DNA of 64,000 bases, from the NCBI GenBank assembly GCA_938091745.1, contig CALLJK010000002.1:26842-90841 (forward strand), given 5' to 3'. Each line of letters begins with the position of its first letter. Position 1 is the first letter of the stretch. The translations under genes and the position numbers were made by a program. This document shows, piece by piece, positions 9,790 through 19,526 of the stretch. The DNA comes from Candidatus Bipolaricaulota bacterium (lineage in GTDB: Bacteria; Bipolaricaulota; Bipolaricaulia; RBG-16-55-9; DRXL01). The notes beneath the pieces are model-generated. The model saw nothing but the letters and a program-made list of their open reading frames with translations. It was not told the DNA's origin and did no database searches.

Positions 9790-10481
9790 AAGCTGAAGGG
9801 ATCATCTCTGGGTATGACGGCATGGAAGTTTTACACGGGGTCTCACTGCGAGCGGAGCCGGGCCAAATCATCGTGGTGCTGGGGCCTAACGGGGCCGGTA
9901 AGTCTACTCTCATGAAGACGCTCTTTGGGCTTCTGCGCCCGCGGAGTGGGCGCGTCATCTTTGACGGGAGGGAGATCACCGGGCTTCCGCCAGAGCACCT
10001 TGTGCGCCTGGGGATGGGCTACGTCCCCCAAGAAGAGAACGTCTTCACAACACTCACCGTAGAAGAGAACCTGGAGATGGGGGCTTTTATTCTCCATGAA
10101 GATCTTCATCGCGCTAAGGAACGAGTCTTCGAGCTCTTCCCCACTTTGCGGGAGCGCCGCCGCCAACAAGTCGGCAAGATGTCCGGGGGCGAACGCCAGA
10201 TGGTCGCCATCGGTCGGGCACTGATGCTCGACCCCAAGCTCTTGCTGCTGGATGAGCCTTCCGCGGGCCTCGCTCCCAAGCTCGTTGACCTGATCTTTGA
10301 ACGCATCTATAAGATCAAGGAATCTGGAGTAGCGATCATCATAGTTGAGCAAGACATCCATCGGGCGCTGCAGCTTGCTGATCGAGCGTACGTGATTGCC
10401 AACGGGTGCAATCGCTTTGAAGGGAGCGCTCGCGAGCTCCTCGAGAGCCCAGATCTTGCGCGCTTCTACCTCCAAGGGTGA
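9777..10481 (+). CDS. livF: Branched-chain amino acid ABC transporter ATP-binding protein (LivF type)
   Basis: GPNGAGKSTL, MSGGERQM and LLLDEPS motifs. Overlaps livG by 13 nt. Confidence 0.85.
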   Translation: MALLEAEGIISGYDGMEVLHGVSLRAEPGQIIVVLGPNGAGKSTLMKTLFGLLRPRSGRVIFDGREITGLPPEHLVRLGMGYVPQEENVFTTLTVEENLEMGAFILHEDLHRAKERVFELFPTLRERRRQQVGKMSGGERQMVAIGRALMLDPKLLLLDEPSAGLAPKLVDLIFERIYKIKESGVAIIIVEQDIHRALQLADRAYVIANGCNRFEGSARELLESPDLARFYLQG

Positions 10482-11401
10482 CTCATACAATGCTCGAGCG
10501 CTTGCTGTCCTTAGCGGCTTCAGGGGTTATGTTGGGGGGTATTCTCGCCCTGGGGGCTGTGGGGCTCACTCTGGTCTATGGGATCCTGCGATTTGGGAAC
10601 TTCGCGCACGGTGACTTGATGACCGTAGGCGCTTATGTTGCCCTCGCTGTGATGGCCTTTCTGCCCTCGGGGCAGCCACTGGCACCCTTCTCTTTTGGCT
10701 GGGAGTTTCTCGTTGCTCTGCTAATCGCTATGCCGATCACCGGGATTGTCGCGCTGGCAGCGGACCGCCTTATCTACAGGCCCCTGCGGCGCCGGCGCAG
10801 CTCTGCAGTGATTTTAGCGATGGCGTCGCTGGGAGTAGCGTTCTTCGTGCGCAGCATTATCTATTTGGGCTGGGGATCTGATTTTAAGTTCTACTATCAA
10901 GGGCGCATCCCCATGGCCATCCAGCTCCCCTTCGGGGTGCAAGTCCGGCCCGATCAATTGTTCACGTTTGGGTTGGCTTTTATATTAGTCGTTCTCATCT
11001 ATATCTTGCTTGAGAAGACCAAGATTGGAAAAGCGATGCGAGCCACAGCAGATAATCCCGCGTTAGCACGTGTCAGCGGGATCGCGACAGATCGAGTGAT
11101 CTTCTGGACGTGGATGATCGGGGGGGCCTTAGCTGGAGCCTCGGGAGTGATGCTGGGGCTGAATTCCCAGGTGCGCCCGGAGATGGGCTGGCTCGTGCTC
11201 TTGCCCTTGTTTGCTGCGGTCATTCTCGGGAGCATCGGCAACCCCTATGGGGCGCTCGTGGGGGCTTTAATTATCGGGATTATCCGAGAAGTCTCGACAG
11301 CGTTTCTCAACCCGACGTACGGGCAAGGCGTAGCTTTCTTAGTAATGATCATTATCTTGCTCGTGCGCCCTCAGGGGATCTTCCGGAAAGTGGGAGACTG
11401 A
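10478..11401 (+). CDS. livH: Branched-chain amino acid ABC transporter permease (LivH type)
   Basis: Polytopic membrane protein in the liv operon. Overlaps livF by 4 nt. Confidence 0.8.
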   Translation: MTHTMLERLLSLAASGVMLGGILALGAVGLTLVYGILRFGNFAHGDLMTVGAYVALAVMAFLPSGQPLAPFSFGWEFLVALLIAMPITGIVALAADRLIYRPLRRRRSSAVILAMASLGVAFFVRSIIYLGWGSDFKFYYQGRIPMAIQLPFGVQVRPDQLFTFGLAFILVVLIYILLEKTKIGKAMRATADNPALARVSGIATDRVIFWTWMIGGALAGASGVMLGLNSQVRPEMGWLVLLPLFAAVILGSIGNPYGALVGALIIGIIREVSTAFLNPTYGQGVAFLVMIIILLVRPQGIFRKVGD

Positions 11402-11407
11402 GATTCT

Positions 11408-12556
11408 ATGAAGATCGTGCTGATGGCGATCCCGCTGGCGATTGTAGCTTATCTGCTCATTCCGCTTGGTCGGGCAGGACGATTCTTCTTAGGGGTTCCG
11501 GTGGGGGTAGGGCTGGCCTTCTTGCTCGCGTATGTAGTGCCCCCAGGGGTTTTAGTCTATCTGGTCTCATTCGCTATTATGGCTTCAATTTTTGCGATCT
11601 TAAGCCTGGGGCTCAACGTACAATGGGGGTACACAGGGCTCTTCAATATTGGGATTGCGGGGTTCGTCGCCATAGGGGCTTTCACATCAGCGCTCTTTAC
11701 GACCGCTATGCCCACAGAGACCCTCAGAGCGTATGGGGCGCAACAAGCGTTTGGCCTGGAGATGCCGTTCTTAGTGGGCATCGCAGCAGCGGCAGTGACT
11801 GCCGGTGTCATAGCCTGGTTCATCGGCTTTCCGACGCTGCGGCTGCGTGAAGATTATCTCGCTATCGCTACGATTGGGATTGCTGAGATCATTCGATTGA
11901 TCTTTCAGAATGAAAGCTGGTTGGCCAACGGTCCGCAGCCTCTCATTGTTCCGCAGCCGCTGCGCTGCTTGACCCAAGAGCCTCCGTGTGGGCTCAGCTG
12001 GCTTCCGGCTCTCGCTCCCCAAGATTATGATTATCTGTATTTTGCGATTGTCGTGCTCTTTCTCGTTGTGCTGTATTTTGCTATTGAGCGCATCGCGCGG
12101 TCCCCGTGGGGGCGAGTTCTGCGCGCCATCCGCGAAGAAGAAGCTGCTACGGCTACGAGCGGGAAGAACATCTTCGCCTTCAAGATGCAAGCGCTCATCG
12201 TAGGTGCTTGCGTCATGGGGATTGGGGGAGCTCTCTACGCGCACGCCCTGGGCTCTATCAGCTATGCCGACTTCACGCCGCTTTACGCAACGTTTATTAT
12301 CTGGGTCATGTTAATGCTGGGGGGGAGCGGGAACAACAAAGGAGCTGTCTTAGGAGCCTTCGTCATCTGGGGGGTATGGATGGGCAGCGCCTTCGTGACT
12401 GACTGGCTCCGGCCCGTTCTTCAGGCGATCTCCCCAGAACTGCCCGCGCGCAGCCCCTATCTTCGCTATCTCTTTATCGCTGTGCTCTTAGAGCTGATCT
12501 TGCTCTTCCGTCCCCAGGGACTTCTTGGCGAAGAGAAGCACGTCTCTACTCTGTAG
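11408..12556 (+). CDS. livM: Branched-chain amino acid ABC transporter permease (LivM type)
   Basis: Polytopic membrane protein following livH. Confidence 0.8.
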   Translation: MKIVLMAIPLAIVAYLLIPLGRAGRFFLGVPVGVGLAFLLAYVVPPGVLVYLVSFAIMASIFAILSLGLNVQWGYTGLFNIGIAGFVAIGAFTSALFTTAMPTETLRAYGAQQAFGLEMPFLVGIAAAAVTAGVIAWFIGFPTLRLREDYLAIATIGIAEIIRLIFQNESWLANGPQPLIVPQPLRCLTQEPPCGLSWLPALAPQDYDYLYFAIVVLFLVVLYFAIERIARSPWGRVLRAIREEEAATATSGKNIFAFKMQALIVGACVMGIGGALYAHALGSISYADFTPLYATFIIWVMLMLGGSGNNKGAVLGAFVIWGVWMGSAFVTDWLRPVLQAISPELPARSPYLRYLFIAVLLELILLFRPQGLLGEEKHVSTL

Positions 12557-13805
12557 GCATTTCTAGTCGGACCGTCTGGATCCCTCCTCCGGTGTATTGC
12601 CAGATCTCGATAGGGGTAACCACGTCGCCATGGTTGTCAAAATTGATAGCGCCGGCTGCGCCTTCATAATCTATGTCCTGGCCGTCCTTAAGAAGTTGCA
12701 ACGCCCTCTTTAGGCCGTCAACGCCGGCACTCACGACCTCTCCCGGAGGGTTGGCGACAAACCGTAAAGCGTCTCGGATCGCTGGCCCTTCGGCCTTGCC
12801 CGCTTTCTGAATAGCTAAGGCAATCAAGACGACCGCATCGTACGTATTGGGCATATACGGTTGCGGGGGCAACTGCCTATACGCCGCTTGATAATCTCGA
12901 TTGAAGATCTCCAGCGAAGGAGTCTTCTCCGAACCCGGTGCTGTGCCGTACATTCCTTCAAGAAACTCAGCGCCCACAGCCCGGATGATCTCTTCAGACT
13001 TTGTCCCATCGACAAACAAGAATCTCGTAATATACGCGCCGCTGATCGCCTCTTTCAGATAGACTGTGGCGTGGCCTGGGTAGCCGATAGCCACTAAGAC
13101 ATCGGGCTTTGATTCGGCTATCTGAAGTAATTGCGCTAAGTATGTGGGCTGAGGTTCCTCCGGGTGAGCGACTTCGCTGACGACGCGTCCGCCTCGAGCT
13201 TCAAAAGATTTTCTAAACTCGTCCTTGAGCCCCTGCCCGTAAGGGTTATTGACGTAGATGACTGCTGCTGAAGTGTATCCCATCTCATGGGCGAGCTTGC
13301 CCAAGACCACCCCTTGGAGTGCGTCTGAGGGGACAGTTCTGTAGAGAAAATCTTGCCCTTCGTCGGCCGGTAGATAAGTAATTAACGGCGACGTAGAAGC
13401 GGGCGAGATCTGGACTACTTTATTGGGGATGGTGACCGTCTGCGCCACTGGTACGGTGACACCGCTGGCTAACGCCCCGATGATCGCCGGGACTTTATCC
13501 ACGCCGACGAGCTTCTTCGCACGATCTATCCCAATAGAAGCAGTCGTGCCCGCGTCCTCGTGAATGAGCTCGAGTTTGCGTCCCCCCAAAAGCCCCCCGG
13601 CTGCGTTGATGTGTTGGGCTGCCAAGTCTGCGGCGTTGCGCAGAGGCGGGCCAAACTCAGCTAACGCGCCCGTGTAATCGAACAGAGTCCCGATCTTAAT
13701 CGGCCCAGAAGGCTGCGAGGGCCCACAGCCTACTAGCCCCATAAGTGCGCTCAAACCCGCTACAGCCCCGATACTTCGTAAAAACTGTCGTCGCGTGCAA
13801 GGCAT
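12546..13805 (-). CDS. ABC transporter substrate-binding lipoprotein (LivK/Leu-Ile-Val-binding family), Tat signal plus lipobox
   Basis: N-terminus RRQFLRSIGAVAGLSALMGLVGC gives a twin-arginine motif and lipobox. Type-1 PBP fold features. Convergent with livM, overlapping it by 11 nt. Confidence 0.8.
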   Translation of the reverse strand: MPCTRRQFLRSIGAVAGLSALMGLVGCGPSQPSGPIKIGTLFDYTGALAEFGPPLRNAADLAAQHINAAGGLLGGRKLELIHEDAGTTASIGIDRAKKLVGVDKVPAIIGALASGVTVPVAQTVTIPNKVVQISPASTSPLITYLPADEGQDFLYRTVPSDALQGVVLGKLAHEMGYTSAAVIYVNNPYGQGLKDEFRKSFEARGGRVVSEVAHPEEPQPTYLAQLLQIAESKPDVLVAIGYPGHATVYLKEAISGAYITRFLFVDGTKSEEIIRAVGAEFLEGMYGTAPGSEKTPSLEIFNRDYQAAYRQLPPQPYMPNTYDAVVLIALAIQKAGKAEGPAIRDALRFVANPPGEVVSAGVDGLKRALQLLKDGQDIDYEGAAGAINFDNHGDVVTPIEIWQYTGGGIQTVRLEMPTE

Positions 13806-13877
13806 AGCTATACCCCCTTTTCTTTAATCGTAGACTGTTAACCGTTTGCTTGTCAAATACACTCTGTGCTATCATGA

Positions 13878-14447
13878 GTGAACTCTATGAGAAGATCAAA
13901 TGAGATGGCAGAACTCATGCGGCGCCTGCTTGCCCACATCGGCGAAGACCCCGACCGCGAGGGCTTGATCGAGACCCCACGACGCTTCCTCGAGATGCTC
14001 GAATCGCTCACGGAAGGGTACCGTCAAGACCCCAAAGAGCTGATCACCGGGGCGATCTTCCCCGTGAAATACGACCAGATGATCGTCGTCAAAGATATTC
14101 TGTTTTATAGTTTGTGTGAGCATCATATTCTGCCCTTCTTCGGCAGAGCCCACGTCGGCTATATCCCCGATGGCAGAGTCATCGGCATGAGCAAGATTCC
14201 CCAGATCGTCGAGCATTTCTCAAAGAAACTGCAGCTGCAAGAGCGGATGAGCGAAGAGATTGCTGACTTCTTGATGGACGCGCTCACGCCCAAGGGGGTC
14301 GGCGTCGTTATTGAAGGCTTTCACTTGTGCATGGCCATGCGCGAGCTTCAGAAAGATGCCCATCTTGTGACCAGCGCGGTGAAGGGCATCTTCAGAAGAG
14401 ACCCGCGCACACGGGCTGAATTTATGCAGCTCATCGGGCGACGGTAA
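13878..14447 (+). CDS. folE: GTP cyclohydrolase I
   Basis: Motifs EGLIETPRRF and CEHHILPF, with a C-terminal MA/MRE-type catalytic region. Confidence 0.9.
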   Translation: MNSMRRSNEMAELMRRLLAHIGEDPDREGLIETPRRFLEMLESLTEGYRQDPKELITGAIFPVKYDQMIVVKDILFYSLCEHHILPFFGRAHVGYIPDGRVIGMSKIPQIVEHFSKKLQLQERMSEEIADFLMDALTPKGVGVVIEGFHLCMAMRELQKDAHLVTSAVKGIFRRDPRTRAEFMQLIGRR

Positions 14448-15131
14448 TCACTCTTGCTTTGGAGCTGGCTTGAGTGTGTATGAAACGGTAAACTCCACCA
14501 AGACCCCGCTGAAATCCTTAGGCGGACCAGGGATTCTCTCTGAAAAATGCTCCCACGCCCCAGACCACGGTGACCAGATATACCCTACAGAAGCCCGCAG
14601 TGTGATCACATTTGTCAACGCGAACTCGATCCCAACGCGGGGCACTATCGAGAGAAAGATGCGTCTCAAAAGCGTGTCGTGCGCCGTTTGCAGCACTGAC
14701 TCAAAATTCTCTTCGGTCATAGCGCGTTGGCCCAAGAGCAGTGTTGCCGTGCCCAAGCCGATACCGCCGCTCACAAAGCCTCGCAAGAAGGGCGTAGCTT
14801 GGGAGAGCGGCCAACGCTGATCTACAAACGCACTGAAATAGAAGAGCGTCAGCTGCACACGGCGCGCGCCGCGCTCCGCGCCAACAGAACCTTCCGCGAG
14901 CGACAGCCCTAACGGAAGCCATTCAACTGCGCGCACCCGCGTCCAACTGCCCGTCATCATAAGGGGCGCGGAGATCTTGGGAAAGTCATTCTTTTCCAAA
15001 AGCTCGTTGAGATCGCTGAGATTTAGATAAAACATCCCGGAAACCGGCTCAAAGATGGGAGCCGCCGGCTCTTGCGCGAGCGCCGTTCCCGCCCACAGCA
15101 CGACCCCTAGCACAGAGATTAATCTTCTCAT
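14448..15131 (-). CDS. Hypothetical secreted protein (signal peptide; possible small outer-membrane beta-barrel)
   Basis: N-terminal signal MRRLISVLGVVLWAGTALAQEP. Alternating hydrophobic patterning. No recognisable family. Confidence 0.5.
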   Translation of the reverse strand: MRRLISVLGVVLWAGTALAQEPAAPIFEPVSGMFYLNLSDLNELLEKNDFPKISAPLMMTGSWTRVRAVEWLPLGLSLAEGSVGAERGARRVQLTLFYFSAFVDQRWPLSQATPFLRGFVSGGIGLGTATLLLGQRAMTEENFESVLQTAHDTLLRRIFLSIVPRVGIEFALTNVITLRASVGYIWSPWSGAWEHFSERIPGPPKDFSGVLVEFTVSYTLKPAPKQE

Positions 15132-15164
15132 AAAGCCTCCTTTGGCTTAGACCTAACCCCCTGA

Positions 15165-15229
15165 CCCCTTTCCCTGAGATTGGGGAAGGGGGAACTCCCC
15201 TCCCCGTGCCGGGGAGGGGCTAGGGGAGA
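15165..15229. repeat. Second copy of the family-2 bipartite palindromic element (CCCCTTTCCC..GGGGAAGGGGG + CCCCTCCCC..GGGGAGGGGCTAGGGGAG), located 3' of thiL
   Basis: Same two-hairpin architecture and near-identical arms as 2297-2357. Confidence 0.7.
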
Positions 15230-15233
15230 GGTT

Positions 15234-16139
15234 CTAGTGCTCATACCCTCTATTGGGTAAAACGATGCTCTCTGAGCCAAGCTGCATGGTGATGCCCTCT
15301 TTCAGAGAAACGACCCGCCCAATCACGGTGAACTCGCAGCCCTGCCGCGCCTCCAAGAGCTTCTCTTGAGGGAGCGTAAAGAGCAGCTCAAAGTCTTCCC
15401 CAAAGAAGAGCCCCATCTCGAAGAGCTCCTCTTGAGTGCGCGCGAGTTCTTCAACTTCAAGGGCGAACGGGATCGCCGTCGCGTCGATGCGAAATCCTAC
15501 ATTGCTCGCTTCGCTCAGTTGATAGAGCGAGCGTGCCAGCCCATCAGAGATGTCGATCATGCTGCTGGCCAATGGAGCCAGCGCCTGGCCTTCTCTCAGT
15601 CTCGGCGTAAATCGCAACAATTCATTGGCTTGCTCGTAATCTTTTGCTTTGAGCAGTTCGAGGGCTACAGCTGTTCGCCCCAGATCGCCTGTCACGCAGA
15701 CGAGCTCTTCTGGGCGCGCCCCAGAGCGCAAGACGGGCTTCTGAGCTTCACCCAGAGCCGTCGTCACTATCGTCAGCTCACGGTGACGATCCGTGTCGCC
15801 GCCAATGAGTTTTGTCTCGCACACGTCACAGCACGCTAAAGCTCCGTCTAAAAGCTCTTCTAAGAATTTTTTATCGAACTGTGGGGCTCCCAGCGCGATC
15901 ACGACCCCCAGGGGCTTTCCGCCCATCGCGGCGATATCGCTCAAGGAGACGGCTACAGCGCGCCAGCCCATCGTGTACGGCGTCATCCCGTCAGGGAAAT
16001 CCGTCTGACGATGGAGCATATCGGTCGTGAGCAAGAGATTCGTCTTTTTCAGAGAGATAATGGCGCAGTCGTCGCCGATAGGGAGCTTTTCGCCCAAGAA
16101 TTTTATGACGTCGCGCTCGCGCATGGGTTTACTATACAC
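15234..16139 (-). CDS. thiL: Thiamine-monophosphate kinase (PurM/AIR-synthase-related family)
   Basis: GDDCAI motif and PurM-like N and C domains. Confidence 0.7.
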   Translation of the reverse strand: MYSKPMRERDVIKFLGEKLPIGDDCAIISLKKTNLLLTTDMLHRQTDFPDGMTPYTMGWRAVAVSLSDIAAMGGKPLGVVIALGAPQFDKKFLEELLDGALACCDVCETKLIGGDTDRHRELTIVTTALGEAQKPVLRSGARPEELVCVTGDLGRTAVALELLKAKDYEQANELLRFTPRLREGQALAPLASSMIDISDGLARSLYQLSEASNVGFRIDATAIPFALEVEELARTQEELFEMGLFFGEDFELLFTLPQEKLLEARQGCEFTVIGRVVSLKEGITMQLGSESIVLPNRGYEH

Positions 16140-16898
16140 TCACGATGGCTTTTTGTCCATGTCACCCACGATAGCTGCGATGTGTTTTTCGAGCTTGGGG
16201 TAGTGCGTGCCGCGCCAGTAGAGCTTCTGACAGTGTGTACAGCGAAAGAACTCGTCGTGCTCGACGGCGACTCGTGGGGGAACCTGCGCCAGAATTTTTT
16301 TCTTCTCTACTGGCTCCAGCAGCCCGTTGCACACCAAACAGCGTCGGAACGGGTCAATCAGGGTCTCCAAATTGAAGCGCCGCACGACCTCGCGGGCTTG
16401 TTCGACGGGATCGGTCGAGCGCAGCCAATAGCCGTGCGTGACAGCATTATGTTTGAGCAGATCGCGATCACGCGTCAGCACGATCCGCCCCTCCGCAGCA
16501 GCAATAGCTACAAGCTCGTGATCGTCATACTCGTTCGAGTGCAAGGTATCAAAGCCCAACAAACGTAGCAGTCGGGCCAACTTCCCCAGATGTACATCGG
16601 CGACGAACGCGATCTGTCGGAGGGGCTTCTCTCGAAGCTGCACGATGGGCAAGATGTCTAGGCTCTCGAAGACGGGGTAGACCGCGACTCTATCGCCGTC
16701 ACGCAAGCGATACGAGAACCCTACAGACTGCCCGTTGACAACAATCAGATCAACTTCAGTATGGGGCACGCCCAGGGCTTCGATAGCATCCTTGATAGCT
16801 GGAGTATTCTGAAAACTGTACTCGATATCGCTCTGGCGATGCTTTGGGGGTAAAAAGTCATTCAACTCGCCGTAGAACCGAAAGATGGCCGTACTCAT
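16140..16898 (-). CDS. Ub-Mut7C protein: N-terminal ThiS/MoaD-like beta-grasp fused to Mut7-C RNase (PIN-like) domain with a C-terminal zinc ribbon
   Basis: N-terminus FRFYGELNDFL is beta-grasp-like. Central region is a DUF82/Mut7-C nuclease fold. C-terminus has a CLVCNG...CTHCQKLYW zinc ribbon. It abuts the thiL start. Confidence 0.65.
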   Translation of the reverse strand: MSTAIFRFYGELNDFLPPKHRQSDIEYSFQNTPAIKDAIEALGVPHTEVDLIVVNGQSVGFSYRLRDGDRVAVYPVFESLDILPIVQLREKPLRQIAFVADVHLGKLARLLRLLGFDTLHSNEYDDHELVAIAAAEGRIVLTRDRDLLKHNAVTHGYWLRSTDPVEQAREVVRRFNLETLIDPFRRCLVCNGLLEPVEKKKILAQVPPRVAVEHDEFFRCTHCQKLYWRGTHYPKLEKHIAAIVGDMDKKPS

Positions 16899-16994
16899 AG
16901 TCTGGGCTTTATTTTACTGGCTTCTCGGTATTTCAGCACGTTCGCTAAGGCGAGATTTTTTTGCTACACTGCATACCAACGATAGGGGGTATCT

Positions 16995-18854
16995 ATGTTG
17001 ATTCATATCGTCCGCGTTAGCGTACTGCTAGGCTTAGTGAGCTGCCTCCCCTTTATAGGCAGTCTGAGAGCAGAAGTGCTAGGGGCAATGGACGGCGCTC
17101 TCGCTGAGCCCGTCTTGCTCTTTGGGATCGGGATGCACATCGAGCCGCTGGGTCGGACTGCCCAAGGGTATTTTAGTGGTGGCGGGCCCGATTATCGCCA
17201 AGGCCCGCTGTTTGAGCGCCACGTGCAAGATATTCTCGCTGTAGCGAGGATCGTCGAAGCGCACGGCGGACGCATGACTGTTCAAGCGCAAAGCCCCTTC
17301 ACCCAAGTGGCCATCGAGAAGAGCAACACGATCTTAAAAGACTTAGAGTCTCGCGGCCACGAGATCGCCCTGCACTTTCATGAGGACGCCCATCTGGGGA
17401 GAAACTCTGAAGGACTCGGTGTGCAAGCGTGGTGCACCGTGATGCAAGAAGAGATCTCATATATTCAGAGATCGGGCGCACAGAAGAAGATCCGCTACTG
17501 GAGCGGCGGCAATCTCTACCCTGGGCTCTTAGACGCGGCTTCGTGTGCTGGGCTGGACGTGATGAGCGATTGGAAGAATCCAAGAACGCAAAGCACGGAT
17601 CGCTCGCTCTTAGGAGTGCATCCGTGGCGTCCGGCGGGCGGCCCCAGCGAAACTGATCTATCAAAATTTGCCACGCACGACCCCAATGGGAAGATTATCT
17701 TTCTCCCCGAAGGCGCATATGACCCAGAGAAATTTGCGCGCAAGCGCGAGATCATCGCTCAGGGAGGAGATCAAGCGTGGTTCGAGGTGCTGCGTGAAGC
17801 ACTGGAGCGTTCGCTTGCATCAGCGAGAGCTGATAGAGTCAACGTCTTTCACTTCACGGTCCATCCGGGAGAATTTCGCGGCGACTTCGCTCGGCCCTTC
17901 GGCGTCATCGAAGACTTTCTCACGAACGTCGTAGACCCCTTAGTCAAAGCTGGGAAGATCCACTGGGCGACGTTTTCGCAGATGGCCGACGAGTTCATCG
18001 CGTGGGAGAAGGCCAATCCGGGAGTAGATCCGCGCTCAGCTCAACAGCCTCTCCGTCCCACTGAACCTGATGTTACGTATTGCGTCATGAACGGCGTCGA
18101 GCTGAAGATGGACATCTATCGTCCCAGGGGAAGCGCAGCCCCGACGCCAGCGTTGCTCTACGTGCACGGTGGCGGCTGGACTGGAGGGGATAAACGCTCC
18201 GGCGCAGGCTCACTCGACTTTGCAGAACTGCTCGCTCGTGGATATCTCATCGCCGCTGTGAATTATCGTCTTGCGCCGCGCTATAAGTTCCCCGCGATGA
18301 TCGAAGACGTCAAGTGTGCTGTGCGTTTTTTGAAAGCCAACGCTGAGCGATACAATCTCAATTCCAACAAGATCGGGGCGTGGGGCGGCAGCGCTGGAGG
18401 ACATTTGGTGGCGCTTCTGGGAACTGCCGATGAGACAGCGGGCTGGGACGTCGGCCAATATTTAGAACAGTCAAGCCGAGTCCAAGCCGTTGTGGACATG
18501 TTCGGCCCGACAGACCTGACAGTGCTCTTTGAAGGAGCCAATCCTCGACTGATGGAACAAGTCTTCGGCACGTCGGATCGAAATTCAGAGATTTTGAAGC
18601 GAGCGAGCCCGGTGAACTGGGTCTCGTCGGACGACTCGCCGTTCTTGATTCTCCACGGCGAGCGCGACCCGCTCGTGCCCGTCAGTCAGTCCCAAATCTT
18701 CTATGAGAAACTGCAAGCAGCCAAGGTGCCCGCAACACTGGTGATCGTGAAGAACGCCGGGCACGGCTTTGTCCCGATGGGCGGGCCAATCAGCCCTACG
18801 CGGCAAGAACTGACAAAAATGATGGGAGATTTCTTCGATCAGTATCTGAAATAG
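16995..18854 (+). CDS. Secreted two-domain hydrolase: N-terminal domain of unclear family plus C-terminal alpha/beta-hydrolase esterase (HGGG oxyanion motif, GGSAGG nucleophile elbow)
   Basis: Signal peptide. C-terminal motifs LYVHGGGW, GGSAGGHL, and the Asp/His region DPLVP...GHGF. Confidence 0.7.
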   Translation: MLIHIVRVSVLLGLVSCLPFIGSLRAEVLGAMDGALAEPVLLFGIGMHIEPLGRTAQGYFSGGGPDYRQGPLFERHVQDILAVARIVEAHGGRMTVQAQSPFTQVAIEKSNTILKDLESRGHEIALHFHEDAHLGRNSEGLGVQAWCTVMQEEISYIQRSGAQKKIRYWSGGNLYPGLLDAASCAGLDVMSDWKNPRTQSTDRSLLGVHPWRPAGGPSETDLSKFATHDPNGKIIFLPEGAYDPEKFARKREIIAQGGDQAWFEVLREALERSLASARADRVNVFHFTVHPGEFRGDFARPFGVIEDFLTNVVDPLVKAGKIHWATFSQMADEFIAWEKANPGVDPRSAQQPLRPTEPDVTYCVMNGVELKMDIYRPRGSAAPTPALLYVHGGGWTGGDKRSGAGSLDFAELLARGYLIAAVNYRLAPRYKFPAMIEDVKCAVRFLKANAERYNLNSNKIGAWGGSAGGHLVALLGTADETAGWDVGQYLEQSSRVQAVVDMFGPTDLTVLFEGANPRLMEQVFGTSDRNSEILKRASPVNWVSSDDSPFLILHGERDPLVPVSQSQIFYEKLQAAKVPATLVIVKNAGHGFVPMGGPISPTRQELTKMMGDFFDQYLK

Positions 18855-18876
18855 AACTATCGTTCTTACGGGCTCC

Positions 18877-18906
18877 TTGACAGGACAGTGCTGTCTCCTA
18901 TATAAT
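18877..18906 (+). promoter_or_regulatory. Near-consensus sigma70 promoter (TTGACA, 18 nt, TATAAT) with a perfect palindrome GACAGTGCTGTC in the spacer, upstream of the protoglobin gene
   Basis: -35 at 18877-18882. Extended -10 TATATAAT at 18899-18906. Palindrome at 18884-18895. Confidence 0.55.
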
Positions 18907-18944
18907 TAGGAATCCTAACTATTACAGACTACAGGAGGCTCGCT

Positions 18945-19526
18945 ATGGCTGTAAATATCCCTGGCTACACCTACGACAGCGCCGCTCCCTCGCCCGTCAC
19001 GCTCAAGGAGCTTGAAGAGCTCAAGAAGGCCGTGCTCTTCACCCCCGAAGACGAAAAATATCTCAAGATGGCCGGCGAAGTCCTGAAAGACCAGATAGAC
19101 GCTGTGTTGGATCTCTGGTACGGCTTTGTGGGGTCGCATCCCCATTTAGTGTATTATTTCTCTGGCCCCGACGGCAAGCCCGACGCGAACTATCTCGCAG
19201 CAGTACGTAAGCGTTTTGGCCAATGGATTCTCGACACGTGCACGCGTCCCTATGATCAGACCTGGCTCAACTATCAGCACGAGATCGGACTGAGACACCA
19301 TCGCACGAAGAAAAACAAGACCGACAACGTGCGCTCTGTCCCCAACATTCCGTTGCGCTATCTGATCGCGTTTATTTATCCCATCACGGCGACGATCAAG
19401 CCCTTCTTAGCGAAGAAGGGGCACAGCCCCGACGAGGTTGATAAAATGCACCAGGCGTGGTTCAAATCGGTGACGCTCCAAGTCGCGTTATGGAGCTGTC
19501 CGTATGCCAAAGACGGGGATTTTTAA
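18945..19526 (+). CDS. Protoglobin (single-domain globin of the globin-coupled-sensor lineage)
   Basis: Very high similarity, from memory, to Methanosarcina acetivorans protoglobin. Shared blocks IPGYTY, WYGFVGSHPHLVYYF, YLAAVRKRF, EIGLRHH and YPITATIKPFLA. Confidence 0.8.
   Translation: MAVNIPGYTYDSAAPSPVTLKELEELKKAVLFTPEDEKYLKMAGEVLKDQIDAVLDLWYGFVGSHPHLVYYFSGPDGKPDANYLAAVRKRFGQWILDTCTRPYDQTWLNYQHEIGLRHHRTKKNKTDNVRSVPNIPLRYLIAFIYPITATIKPFLAKKGHSPDEVDKMHQAWFKSVTLQVALWSCPYAKDGDF

Noticed and set aside
11110-11850. 246-aa plus-strand ORF overlapping livH/livM in another frame
   Set aside because: Composition is Arg/Gly/Ser-rich with no motifs. The overlapped permease genes are clearly real.
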